DNA of 64,000 nt, taken from Selaginella moellendorffii. Lineage: Eukaryota; Plantae; Lycopodiophyta. Position numbers and translations under genes: made by a program. This document shows positions 1 to 12,700 of this stretch, piece after piece. The notes below the pieces were generated by a model, which saw only the letters and a program-made list of their open reading frames with translations, ran no database searches and was not told the DNA's origin. The first letter of the stretch is position 1. Each line of letters starts with the position of its first letter. Location of the stretch: assembly GCF_000143415.4 (NCBI RefSeq), contig NW_003314286.1, positions 1 to 64,000 of the forward strand, given 5' to 3'.

Positions 1-86
1 CATTCCTCGGGGAGAAAGCCCTTCTCGCTACAACACGTCGTGATAAGGGTAATCAGATAGAAAAATCCATTCTTCTCGACAGTGGT

Positions 87-3000
87 GTGGGAGAGAATGG
101 GATTCAATGGGATCTTGATAGATGTACAGGTCAAGAGATTCTAGTTACAGGATCTCCGAAGCGAGGAGAGGAGAGCGCATCAGTTTCACAGCCAACTGTG
201 CAAAGAGTGAAGGATGAAGTTATTATTCTCTCCAGTGACGAAAATGAAGAAGATGAGCTTCCTGACATAGCTTCCCAGACAAGTAGGTGTGTTCCTTCTG
301 GACCAGTTTTTGAAGTGGTGGATAAGGCATTTCGGCAATCTCGATCATTACGGTTGGAATTGAAGGAGTTCCAGTACATGAGAGGTGAGGAGCTTCCTTC
401 TTTCTTCCTATAATGGGAATATATTCTTCGAGTTTCCACCAGCAAGTTCGTCAAGTAGGAAAAGGGGTATGGAAACACGTCTTGATCCACATAATTGGTG
501 CAGAGTAAAGACGACCCACTTCTCTCATTTCGATGGATCTGTGTCCATAGTCCATTGCGGTGGACAGCTTCAGTGTGTCGCTGAGAAATGCATTTCTGAT
601 CATGGCAAGAATATGTGTTTCTTTGAAGGCTCAGCAATCAATCCCCCTAGGCGTGATGAAGTTGCTACAGGATTTAGATGTCGCAAATGCGGGGCAACAC
701 CTGTGTGTCAAGCATGTTGCGATGCGAAAATGTATTATTTTCTTCCACGGGATGGATGTTTAGGCAGAGCAGCAGTGCATATTGGATACCACCAACACGC
801 AATTGAGGAAGGAATTCGCCGTGATTCTTTTCGCAATTTGAAGACTGCTGTTACTACAGAGGCTAGGAAGAAAAGTGCAGCAACTCCAAAGTGTGTTCAA
901 CAGTCTATATTAAAGGACTATGTGGTGGACATGTTGTTACAATCTGATAGCCAAAAAGAGTTCACGGAGAATAGCTTGAAGGACCTACTTCGAAATATAG
1001 AACCTATGACAAATTTAAACAGGTATAAAATTAACACTTAACTCTACTTTATCACTAATAACACTCTTTTTTTTTGTAGAATAAAGAACTGGATGCGAGA
1101 AGGGCGAGATGGAAAGCTTCAATCTGGATTGGATGGGATTTTGGAGCTAAAGAGAAAATGTCCCTATGAGTTTATTCATGGGAGCTTATTCGTTGGCCAA
1201 GTGACTTCGAACAATCAACGCCCTTTCATCTTTAAGATGTCTACCCTTGGTCCTGCTTCTAGTGTGGACCTTGTACAACGAATGGATATGGATGGAGATG
1301 GGGATTTAGTTAATTCCTGGATCCATTTTGACCATATGGAACGAGTTTCAGGCTGGTCAACAATGGGAGCTCATGTTTATGATCACAAGTAAGTGGCTTT
1401 TCATTTTTTAAGGATCTATACCAATTTACATTATAACCATTCCTTTTATAGGTTGCAGTGCAATTTGACTATAGCTATAGCCGAATTCAAAGTTCAAGAT
1501 TTTCAAGCACAAAGCATCTTTTGGACATGTATGTCCGAGGTTGTTGAACAGCGAACCGGGAAGAAACCCAACTTCCGTGGTTTCATGGCAGATGCAGCTG
1601 GTGCTAACTGGTTGGCTGTACGACAAGTATTTGGAGGTGATAAAAGTCAGCCATTACAAGGTAGAGAGAAGAGTTGTGAGTTTCATTGGGCAAAGAGCGT
1701 CAATGAACATTGCCGATGCATCAAGTCTACCTTCCATCACGAGTTCAAGCAGCTTTGTCGGAAATGGATGGATGCACCAACTAAAGAGGAGCACGAGGCA
1801 AAGGCAAATGAAATGCGCATATGGTGGCGTGAAGGAGACAAAGTGCCAATTGAAAACCTTCCACAAATGGAATGCTGGCTTGCATGGTGGGAAGTTCGAA
1901 TGTTTCAGTGGGGTCATTATACTCTCCATGTAAGCTTTCTCTCATTTTCTTTCTTGTCACATTCAAATGTTGCATTTTTTGTAGGATCAACCACTTGATG
2001 ATATTGCACTTACACCAACAATTAATCTCTCTGAGAGCGTTGGAGAGCTTCCGAAGCAGGGAAAGGAAAAGTGTCCCTCTATGAAGCTACACTCTCCGAC
2101 CTCACTAGATCTCTTGAGCAATCATCAAAAGCTTTGGCTGCACAGGAAGCAAGGTTTGCTGGTACAGGTCCGAACTTAGACAGGCTTCAAGAGCGGGTTG
2201 GTAGAAGGACAACACCAGCAGCAGGGTCAATGTCCAAGATGGTGGAGGAAGTTGTTGCTGGAACTCCTATGAAATCAAGTTATGAGCCACTTGGGGACAT
2301 GAGAACAGCCCGTATGAAGCGTCGACAGACATTTGATGGGTCAAACATCACTCCTTCTAGCTCTCACCGTCCAGAGTTTGACTACCATTCTGTTCCACGA
2401 CACCGGAAAAGAACTAAGGAACATGGAGTGGAGGAGGTGCCAGTTGTTACACAAGTAAGTCCAGTGCCAGAGGTTGAAAAGGTTATTTCTCGCGAGCCAG
2501 TTTCTCGTATCAACTGGGCAATTCGAAGAGTCAGTGCCAAGAGCAATGCACGTTGCTCTGGAATGATTGGGAGTCGAGGTCAGTGTCTCGCTTTTGTGCG
2601 CTCAGGTTCAAGTTCTTCAGCAGTGCCATGTTTCTGGGGCTGTCGAGATCTAGGAGTGAAGGGCCGCCAGTCAAGCTGGATCTACTGTTGTGGGACTGAT
2701 GTTACTCATACAAGCCGGATCCACAGCTCAATTATTTTGAAGCCAGATTCTGTGCCATAGGAGTGGCCAGTTGAGCGAAGCTGCAATCTTTTGAAAGAAG
2801 AGATTGAAAGTCTGGAGAGAGCAGGTTTCAAGCTAAAGACTTCCTCAAATGTTGCTGTTAGTACTGCTATGCCACCAATATCAACACTAGACCGGCATAC
2901 ACGACCAGCTAGGAATGGGAAGGCTATACAATACAGGTCTTCCATTTCGAAAGGTGCACAAGAGAAGATCAAGCTGGCAAAAGAGCTAAAGTGCACAATC

Positions 3001-3267
3001 ACAAAGACAAACTACATCAGTGCTATGGCTAAGGAGTTTATTATTGTGACTGAGTCATCAAAGGGTACGAGCTACACTGTTAAAATCTGCGAAAATCCAT
3101 CCTGTACCTGTCCAGATTTTACACAGCGGGAGAACAGGGGAAAGGTATATTTAGCCTGCAAGCACATCTATTACATTTTTATGCAGGAACTAAACCAAGA
3201 TCCTAAGATCGACCATCACATCCACCAGGCAAGCCTTACAGTTGCGGAGCTTGAGAAGTGTTTTTAG
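87..3267 (+). pseudogene. MULE/Mutator-type DDE transposase with N-terminal Cys/His (GCM/WRKY-like) domain and C-terminal SWIM finger; disrupted
   Basis: Motifs WIHFD, FMADAAGANW, CEFHW (CxxH) and TINLSES fit the MULE DDE pattern; SWIM is YTVKICENPSCTCPDF...CKHIYY. GT-AG introns at 1023-1079, 1389-1451 and 1930-1984 join the ORFs in frame. Frameshifts near 405 and 2040, in-frame TAG at 2758. Confidence 0.8.
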
Positions 3268-3408
3268 ATTGCTTTTAGTGTTCGGATCTATATTTATATT
3301 TGTATTTTATTAGTCGAATTTACTTGGAAATATAGATTAAATCAAAATTTGAAGAATGGAAAGATGTTGGTTCGGGACGAACCAATGTTTTTCTTGTGTT
3401 TGAGAAGC

Positions 3409-3468
3409 CGTGAGCTCAGCTCATGAGCTCAGCTCGTGAGCTCATGAGCTCAAAACCTACCCGGGCTC
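3409..3468. repeat. Array of palindromic (T)GAGCTC(A) motifs, possibly a remnant of the MULE terminal region
   Basis: tgagctcagctcatgagctcagctcgtgagctcatgagctca about 140 bp after the transposase stop, abruptly joined to a gag fragment. Confidence 0.5.
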
Positions 3469-5295
3469 GTCCAAGATGAGCAACAGAGGATCACGGCATT
3501 CACAGCTGGTCTACATGGGAACTTGCAAAGGAAACTTCTCAAGAAGACATTCAGCTCTTACTGCGAGGCATTTTCATTTGCCACAAAGCTGGAAAAAGAG
3601 CTTCTGGTTGACCTGGGGATTGCTAGAGTTGATTTTGACCAAGCCATCATCTTGTCAGAGTCACCTTGTGCAGCTGTTCGCCCGTCCACACCAAAGCCTG
3701 TCGCTATTGAGCATACACCTCCGGCTATTGAGAACTTTGCAAACCAGATGCAGCAGCTGAAGAAGATCATTCTTTAGCAACAATCACACCATAATAAACT
3801 GCTCCAGAAGCTGGTGGAGTCCAGGAAAGAGGCTGCTACAGCTCGAGAACGCAGATTTAAGTCCCGTTGGTGCACTCATTGCGAGACGAACACACACAAC
3901 ACACAGCATTGCTTCAAGCTTCACCCAGAGCTTTGGCCTCCATCTTTTTAACATGTCCAACAACATCCCTTTGCTGATAACTCCACACCACCTCGGGGTC
4001 CAGAGACATATCAAGAGCAGTTGGAGCGACAAGCAATTGAGGCAGCCCCTTTGTCAAGCAAAGGCAAGGCACTAGCCTCATTGGTCAACACGATTTTGGT
4101 AGCCGAGGAACTCTATAGGCAACAGCAGCAAAACGCAACCACTCGAGCCCAAGCGAAGAAGAAGGTAGCCGCTCAGCCTACCACTGATCCCCCGGTGTCA
4201 ATTGAGAGCGAATCTCTGTTGGCATCAGACCCGGTGACACAGAGGGTGGCTTGTAAGCTCCCCTTCAAGTCACTACTCTCTTCTCCTCCTAAGATCTCAC
4301 CAACAGCTACTCCTGTTCTGGAGCCGGTTCTTCAACAGCTGGTTGACACTCCCGTCACCTTTTCGCTCCGAGATATGTTGTGTCTTATCCCGGGATTTGA
4401 CCAGCGTTTAGAGGAGTTTGCACAGTCAGGAACACCAGAGAGCACTCTCAAGAGGACTCCTCAAGAGGTGCACATTGTTGACATGACAAGACATGACAGT
4501 TCCATCACCAATCACTCCCAGCATCCTTCATTCTTTCACCATCATTCACATCTCCATTTGAGGTCACATTTACACCATACCACGGACACACATACATGCA
4601 TCAGTAGCAAATGACACCACCTCATTTGGACATGCCGTTTCCGAGATGTCCTTACGACCATTTGCCGATGACACACTAGCTTTTCTAGAGCGACTTTCTT
4701 CCAACCAGGTGAACCTGTTCACTCATGGCACTTAGGTGGATCTTTAGGTGAGGCCATAGAAGCCGAAGCTACTTTCTTCTGCTCCAGCAATCAGTAGACA
4801 CATGCCACCTCCCCTTACCGGCAACCTAGTGACTTTGACATCTTTTTTAGCTGCTGACTTCTTCAGTCCAACACATCAGACTGGCCACCTTCTAAGAGTG
4901 CCACCCCATCTCAGCGCTCATCATATCACTCCACCATGTCAGTGTTGGAGCAGGCGCAGGAGTAGGAGCGAGAGCAGGTGGTTACCGGTTACAAGTTACA
5001 GGTCCCCGGTTACTGGTTACTAGTTACCGGTTACCGGTTACCGGCTACTCCGAGTGGTCAGCACTTACTCTACAGGCCAACGGTTATCAATGGCTGCCTT
5101 TTCAAAGTGCCACCACCATCTCGGCGCTCCACCTTATCACTCCATCTTTCATCATTTCCACACTTACCACCCTTGGGCAATGCATCCCCTCTTCTACCTT
5201 TCTTTCTTTCTTGATTTCAACCAATCCTTGGAGCATATTGGAAGTCATCAAGAGGTTGCATTTGCATATTACACTTTCCTGAGCCGAAATCCAGG
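3469..5295 (+). mobile_element. Family A Ty3/gypsy fragment (A0): gag C-terminal part joined by deletion to the 3' non-coding region
   Basis: VQDEQQ...WCTHCETNTHNTQHC zinc knuckle matches 14480-15496 (-); 4490-5295 matches 52160-52930 (-). Confidence 0.85.
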
Positions 5296-8091
5296 CATCG
5301 ACTACCGAGGTTTGAACAAGGTGACTGTTCGGAACCGTTATCCGTTGCCCCTGATCTCGGACCTGTTGGAACATCTCGGCGGTGCCCGCTTCTTCACCAA
5401 GATCGACCTCCGTGGAGCATACAACCTGATCCGGATCCGGCCTGGTGATGAATGGAAGATTGCGTTCCGAACCCGCTATGGCCACTTTGAGTACACTGTC
5501 ATGCCATTTGGCTTGACAAATGCTCCAGCAATTTTCCAACACATGGTGAACGACGTCTTTCGGGAGTTTCTTGATCAGATGGTGATCGTCTACCTCGATG
5601 ACATCCTCATCTACTCAAAAACTCAGGAGGAGCATGACGAACATGTACGCAAGGTGCTAGCGAAGTTGCGAGAACACGGCCTATACGCGAAGCTTGAGAA
5701 ATGTTCCTTTGATCAGCAGTCTGTGGAGTTCCTTGGGTACATTGTCACTCTTGAGGGTATCACGATGGATCCTGCCAATGTCAAGACTATTCTCGAATGG
5801 GAGCCTCCACAATCAATGTCAGATGTTCAGGTTTTCCTTGGCTTCGCCAACTTCTACCGCAAATTCATTGATCACTACTCTGACATTGTCCTTCCTCTCA
5901 TGCATCTCACTCACAAGGATGTTCCCTTCTCTTGGTCTACTGCTGCCCAGCACGCCTTCGACACACTCAAGGCAGCCTTCAGTTCTGCTCCCGTGTTGAT
6001 CCATGCTGATTCCTCACAACCTTTCTTCATCGAGGCTGACGCCTCCGACTTTGCCATCGGTGCTGTGCTGTCTCAACTCAGAGCGGATCAAGAACTTCAT
6101 CCGGTCGCTTTCCATTCTCGGAAATTCCAGCCTGCGGAGATCAATTACGAAATCCACGACAAAGAGCTCCTTGCCATCGTGGATTCCTTTGGAGAGTGGC
6201 GCCATTTCTTGGAGGGGGCGAGCCATCAAACAACAGTCTGGACGGATCACAAAAATCTCGAGTACTTTGCCACTTCCCGAGTTTTGAGCCGTCGTCAAGC
6301 AAGGTGGGCACAATTCCTGAGTCGGTTTGACTTTGTTATCAAGTACAGACCTGGAAAGCTTCACTCCTTCCTGATGCTCTTTCAAGGCGCTCCTATATCA
6401 GTCTCAGGCCTGGTAATCCTGCCTTCGATCAACAGGATCAAGTTATCCTCGGTCCTGATCGGCTTCAAGTTATGGCAATTTCCCTGGCCCCTCAGGACTC
6501 CTCTTTGATGGATGCAATCAGAAACGATCTCCAATCTGATGACCTCGCCAGCGATATTTTCACCCATCTTCAGGCTGGACACCCAGTGACTCCCGACTGG
6601 CGGCGATTTGACGAGTTCGAGTTCTTAGATGGCTTATTGTACCGTGGGGAGCAGCTTTACGTTCCTGAAGGTGATGCTCGAAGGTTGGTCCTGATGGCGT
6701 GCCACGATAGCCCGACTGCTGGTCATTTCGGCATTGTGAAAACCTATGAGCTAGTTGCACGGGACTTTTGGTGGCCTCACATGGATGACTACATCAAAGC
6801 TTTTGTTACCTCCTGTGACACTTGTGCTCAGAATAAGGTACCTCGCCACCTTCCTTCAGGTTTGCTTCGTTCTCCCCCGGTCCCTTCAGGTCCTTGGGAA
6901 TCCATGTCCATGGATTTCTTGAGTGATCTTCTGAGTTCTGGAGGCTTCAACAGTATTTTAGTCATGGTGGATCGCTTCACAAAGATGGCGCACTTCTTGC
7001 CGTGTACCAAGGAATTTTCGGGCGAGGACATGGCAAAACTGGTATTCAGGGAAATTTTTCTGACTTCATGGGATTCCTACAGATGTGGTTTCGGATCGGG
7101 GGCCTCAGTTCATCTCTCATTTCTGGCAACGGTTGTTGCAGCTGCTTGGAGTGAAGGCCAACCTCTCTTCGGCATATCATCCTCAAACTGATGGACAGTC
7201 CGAGCGAACGATTCAGACGTTGGAACAATTCTTGAGGTGCTTCATCAACTATCATCAGGATAACTGGTTCGATATCCTTCCCCTTGCTGAGTTCTCCTAT
7301 AACAACTCTGTTCACTCCTCTCTTCGAGTTTCCCCCTTCTTTGCGAACTCTGGCCGAAATCCCCGATTCAATCTCGCACTTCCTTCTCCATCTAAATCCT
7401 CTCGTTCAAATCCCCGCTCTGAGGCATTTATCTCCAACCTTCAGGAAATCCACAACTCCATCTCCTTCCACCTCCATCGTGCTCAGGAATCTCACAAAAC
7501 ATTTGCCAATGTCCATCGTCAGGATTGTCCCCCTTACAATATCGGGGATAAAGTCTGGCTCCTCAGGCGAAATATCTCCACCACCAGGCCCTGTCCAAAA
7601 CTCGATTTCAAACGCCTCGGTCCTTTTCCTATCACTGCCATCATTAATCCTGTCACTTATCGCCTTGCACTTCCCTCCTCATATCAAATTCACCCCGTTT
7701 TTCGCTCCTCTCTCCTTGAGCCTTATATTCCCAGTCCTATTCCAAATCAGGTCATTCCTCCGCCTCCACCAGTGCAGCTCGAGGATGGGTCTGAGTACGA
7801 GGTTCAGGACATCCTTGATTCCAAGATTTCACGGTCTAAACTCTACTATCTGGTGGACTGGAAGGGTTACGGACCTGAGGAACGCACTTGGGAACCTACA
7901 GACAACCTGATTCATTCTCCTGACCTTGTTCAGGACTTCCACCACCGCTATCCTTCTCGTCCCAGTCCTCATTCTTTTCCTCCATCTCCCATCCCTCGCC
8001 GCTCATCTCATCCTCCTCTTCGTTCTCATTCACATCCTCGTTCCACTCGTTCTTGAGGAGGGGGTGCTGTCAGGAATCCCCCAATTCTTGC
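5296..8091 (+). mobile_element. Tcn1-like chromovirus, 5'-truncated: RT-RH-INT-chromodomain, PPT and start of 3' LTR
   Basis: RT YLDD; RH ADASDFAIG and DHKNLEY; INT CHDSPTAGH...[17 protein letters not shown] and GPF; chromodomain EYEVQDILDS...YYLVDWKGY...TWEP. PPT gaggagggggtgc 8055-8067, then TGTCAGG at 8068. Two frameshifts. Confidence 0.92.
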
Positions 8092-9771
8092 AGTCAGGAA
8101 TGTGGTCTGCAGGTTAGGAATCCGGCGAGAGTCAGGAATGTGGCAAGAATTGGGGGATTCCTGACTTTATCCCCGATATTGTAAGGGGGACAATCCTGAC
8201 GATGGACATTGGCAAATGTTTTGTGAGATTCCTGAGCACGATGGAGGTGGAAGGAGATGGAGTTGTGGATTTCCTGAAGGTTGGAGATAAATGCTTCAGA
8301 GCGGGGATTTGAACGAGAGGATTCAGATGGAGAAGGAAGTGCGAGATTGAATCGGGGATTTCGGCCAGAGTTCGCAAAGAAGGGGGAAACTCGAAGAGAG
8401 GAGTGAACAGAGTTGTTATAGGAGAACTCAGCAAGGGGAAGGATATCGAACCAGTTATCCTGATGATAGTTGATGAAGCACCTCAAGAATTGTTCCAGCG
8501 TCTGAATCGTTCGCTCGGACTGTCCATCAGTTTGAGGATGATATGCCGAAGAGAGGTTGGCCTTCACTCCAAGCAGCTGCAAGAACCGTTGCCAGAAATG
8601 AGAGATGAACTGAGGCCCCCGATCCGAAACCACATCTGTAGGAATCCCATGAAGTCGGAAAATTTCCCTGAATACCAGTTTTGCCATGTGCTCGCCCGAA
8701 AATTCCTTGGTACACGGCAAGAAGTGCGCAAGGAAAACCTGAACGTCCGACATTGATTGTGGAGGCTCCCACTCGAGAATAGTCTTGACTTTGGCAGGAT
8801 CCATCGTGATACCTTCAGGAGTGACAATGTACCCAAGGAACTCCACAGACTGCTGATCGAAGAAACATTTCTCAAGCTTCGCGTATAGGCCGTGTTCTCG
8901 CAGCTTCGCCAGCACCTTGCGTACATGTTCGTCGTGCTCCTCCTGAGTTCTTGAGTAGATGAGGATGTCATCGAGGTAGACGATCACCATCTGATCAAGA
9001 AACTCCCGAAGGACGTCGTTCGCCATGTGTTGGAAAACTGCGGGAGCATTTGTCAAGCCAAATGGCATGACAGTGTACTCGAAGTGGCCATAGCGGGTTC
9101 GAAATGCAGTCTTCCATTCATCACCAGGCCGGATCCGGATCAGGTTGTATGCGCCACGGAGGTCAATCTTGGTGAAAAAGCGGGCACCGCTGAGGCGTTC
9201 CAACAGGTCTGAGATCAGGGGCAGTGGATAACGGTTCCGAACAGTCACCTTATTTAAACCTCAGTAATCGATGACTAGCCGCAAACTCCCATCCTTCTTC
9301 TTGACAAAGAAGACAGGCGCGCCAGCCGGGGACTGCGAATGTTGAATGAACCCCGAGGCAAGGTTCTCATCCACGTACTCTTTGAGGGCCTTAAGCTCGG
9401 ATGGGGATAACCCATAGATAGGCCCCCACGGAGGTGACGCTCCTTCCTGTAAATCAATGGGACAGTCATAAGGCCGATGAGCAGGCAGTACACTAGCTTT
9501 TTTCTTGTCAAACACATCCCCAAAATCATGATACTTCTCAGGAAGACTGACAGGAAAAACATGCAAAGCAAAAAGGAAAATAGGTTCTTCATGAAGGAGT
9601 TCTTTCATAGTGATTGTGGAGATAGGAGGAGGTGTACGATTAAATGGAATGATGAGACGAGGATACTGTCCAGTGTAAGATGGAAGAGAGGAAAAAGAAG
9701 AGGATGAAAACTTCGTAGAGTCAGGAACAGAACCTCGACTTGAGTTTAGGGAACTTTTCCTGATTCGGACT
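8092..9771 (-). mobile_element. Second, inverted and internally deleted copy of the same Tcn1-like chromovirus
   Basis: ORF 8094-9248 fuses RT (DVQVFL) directly to INT (AHFLPC) and then to the LTR start; near-identical to segments of 5296-8091. Confidence 0.92.
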
Positions 9772-12700
9772 CAATGTAGAGATGGACTTTTCCATTTGCC
9801 TTGCATGTAGGGACAAGATTGGCCACCCACTCTGAGCTCTCCAAAGGGTAAATAAAGCTCAGTCCGCCAAGGATGCCCCCTCGCACCATACCTGTTCCTG
9901 TTTGTTGCAAATGCTCTGGCCTACTACCTCGCCCGACCACAGGGTCCAAAAGGTATGCCCCTTCCAGGCTGCGGCGCCGCGCTTCAGGACATGAATGAAG
10001 CCTCAAAGGAGGACCTCCTATCCTCAGCCTTTGCAGATGACACAAGCTTGATCGTGGAGGGATCACCGGAGAACCTCTCAAACGTCTAAAGGGACCTGGA
10101 CTTTTTCAATGAGGCCATGGGATCGAAAATAAACTGGCACAAATCGGTAGGACTATGGCTCCCCCCCGGCAGACCTTCAACATGGGGCACGGAGCTGGGC
10201 TTCAAATGGCTGGACACGGAGGAGACCACCCGCTACCTTGGATTCCAAGTGGGATGCCAGTATGATCCAGAACCCCAGAACAAAAAAGCAGTAACAAAAC
10301 TAAGGGATCCACTCAAGTTCTGGGCGAGCCGAAAACTATCGTTCTCAGCACGCTGCGTGGTGGCCAACAGCATCCTACTTGGAGCGATCTGGTTCCTGGC
10401 AGCATGCTGGAACATGGACAGGCGAACGATCCAGGAAATGAACCAACTCATTCGAACCTATGTCTGGAAAGGCTCCTCCTGCATGTCGCGTGGTGGAGCA
10501 AAGGTCAACTGGCGGTTAGTAACACTTCCGAAGCACGAAGGCGGCCTCAATATTATTGACATCGAAGAACAATGCAAGGCTCTTCTCTTCAAAATTTTCA
10601 CAAGGATGCTCATGCCTGGCCACCAACCATGGAGAATACTGCTGCGAGCACAATTTTTGAAAGTCCTCCCAGACAGGAACAAGCACACCAGACAAAATTG
10701 GGCGCCAGACGAACAATGGCTCTTCTCAGACACCAAACTCAAAATGACAAAGGCTCACACGTTCTCAGGAAAGCTGTTCAAGCTCTGGAGGCAATTCAAG
10801 TGCAAGCTGGAACGTAAACCACCTCGTACCAAAGAACAACTGGACCGGCAGCCAATTTTCCTGAGCAAACTCTTTGCTGTCAACGGTAAAACGCTCGGAG
10901 CTTCAGAGGATCGCGGCCTGGACCAGACATGCAGAGACCTGCACAGAGCAGGGATGAGAACCTTCACAGAGGCAGACACCATGATCCAGCCCAACCAGAC
11001 AGCCCACAATCGCGACCGCATCAGTACTTTCTACGGATTAACCATCTCAGAACACAGGATGCGTAAATTCCAGACAGCCTTTTTAGCAGCCAAACACGCA
11101 TGCCTTGAACGACTAAACCTGCAAGAGGATCAACACCATCGTTGGTGGAAGGTGGACGAATCGATCGTATGCACCCTCCCCAACATGGCATCGGGACTAG
11201 TCTTCAAGGCAGGACAGGCTGGACGCTTGTACCCCATCGTTACCCCCGAGTACGAGGACCTCCCCGACATGAGCAGAGCCAAACCAATCAGAGTGATTCA
11301 AATGGAGAAAAAAACTGCCAATGTTGATCCACTGATCCCAGAAAACCAATATGCTCGCCTCTACTGGTTCCGCCAACAAACCCTGGACGAACTCAAGTGG
11401 GATCCTGCAGAGTGGCATTGGAGGGGAACCACGTGCAAGGACTTCTTCCAGTACGAGACCAAGCTGGGCCGCAAACTGATCAGGGTGCCAACTCGATCCT
11501 CCCTCATCCGGAAAGCAAAAGCCCAACAGATCCGTTCCAGGAACCACTCACACTACATCAACAAGATCTGGAAAGGGCGCTGGTCAGCTAAGAACCGCTA
11601 CTTCATGTGGCTGGCCCAACAAGAACGTCTTCCCTCTCTGGTCGCCATACATCTTCCGAACACAGCCTGCAAGACCTGTGGTGCCACAGAAACACAGTGA
11701 CACATCTTATGGGAATGTCCGGCAGCACAGGAAGTATGGGAAGGTGCAGCAGCGGTACTCAAACAAACGTCAACCGGAGGAGCTGCAATCACATACGAAT
11801 CAGTGCTCTGGGGTAGCGTCATCCAGGGAAAAACAAAGAATCCTGATGCATGGAAGTGGAGACACAACGAGGCCCCACACTTTGATCAACTCAACCAAAC
11901 TCGGACACACATTATGCACCTCCACCAGGAGCTCTTCGATGCGCTTCGGGGATGCACACTAGCAGAGATATGGAAGGCTCGCTGCGCCAGGCTGTTCGAG
12001 GACACGGACCCCTCGGCTCGAGCAACTATCTCAAAGGTTTGGTCCAGACTGATCGTCTCACTCGCGGCCCGCCTGGACACGCTGATCAAACGAGGTGAGG
12101 AAGGGAAGATAGCGAAGGAGAAGGAGCTATGGCCGTTTTTTAGAGGAAGAAGCGAGGCTGGAGAAGAAGAATGGACGTGGAAGCCACCAATATGGATTTG
12201 GCAGCACATGTTCAGGAACGAAGGCACGTGTACCTCCCCGAGTCGACAGAGTTCCACATCAGGAACTTCGGAAGCTTGGAGATCAGACATCACGGGCTCG
12301 GGTACCAGTTCTACTTCGTCCCCCTCGTCCCACCCCCCCTAAAAATCTTGAAGAGCTCTTTCCCGGTTTCGAGCATGTCGAAATCGGACTCTATGGTTTA
12401 TAGAGGATAAACTAATCAAAACCCCATTGACAAAGGGTAAATAAAGCCGGCTGCTAGAAGTCGCTCAATCTCCAACTTCATCTCTAAGTGCAGACTGGTT
12501 TGGCAGTCTCTGAAAGCACAATACTATGCATGATTGTGTCCATGGGAACTCTTGGAAGCTGGCTGTAGTCCCAAGCAACATGTCCTTGAAACCATGGAGG
12601 AGATCTAAGAGCTTTGTTGTGTTTGTTGAAGCAAGGGATGTGGCGATAAAGACCGGGTCCTTGTCATCGCCTAGGAAAACAGCATGAACCTTGGAGTCTA

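Noticed and set aside
87-3267. Domesticated, functional transposase gene
   Set aside because: Two frameshifts and an in-frame stop.
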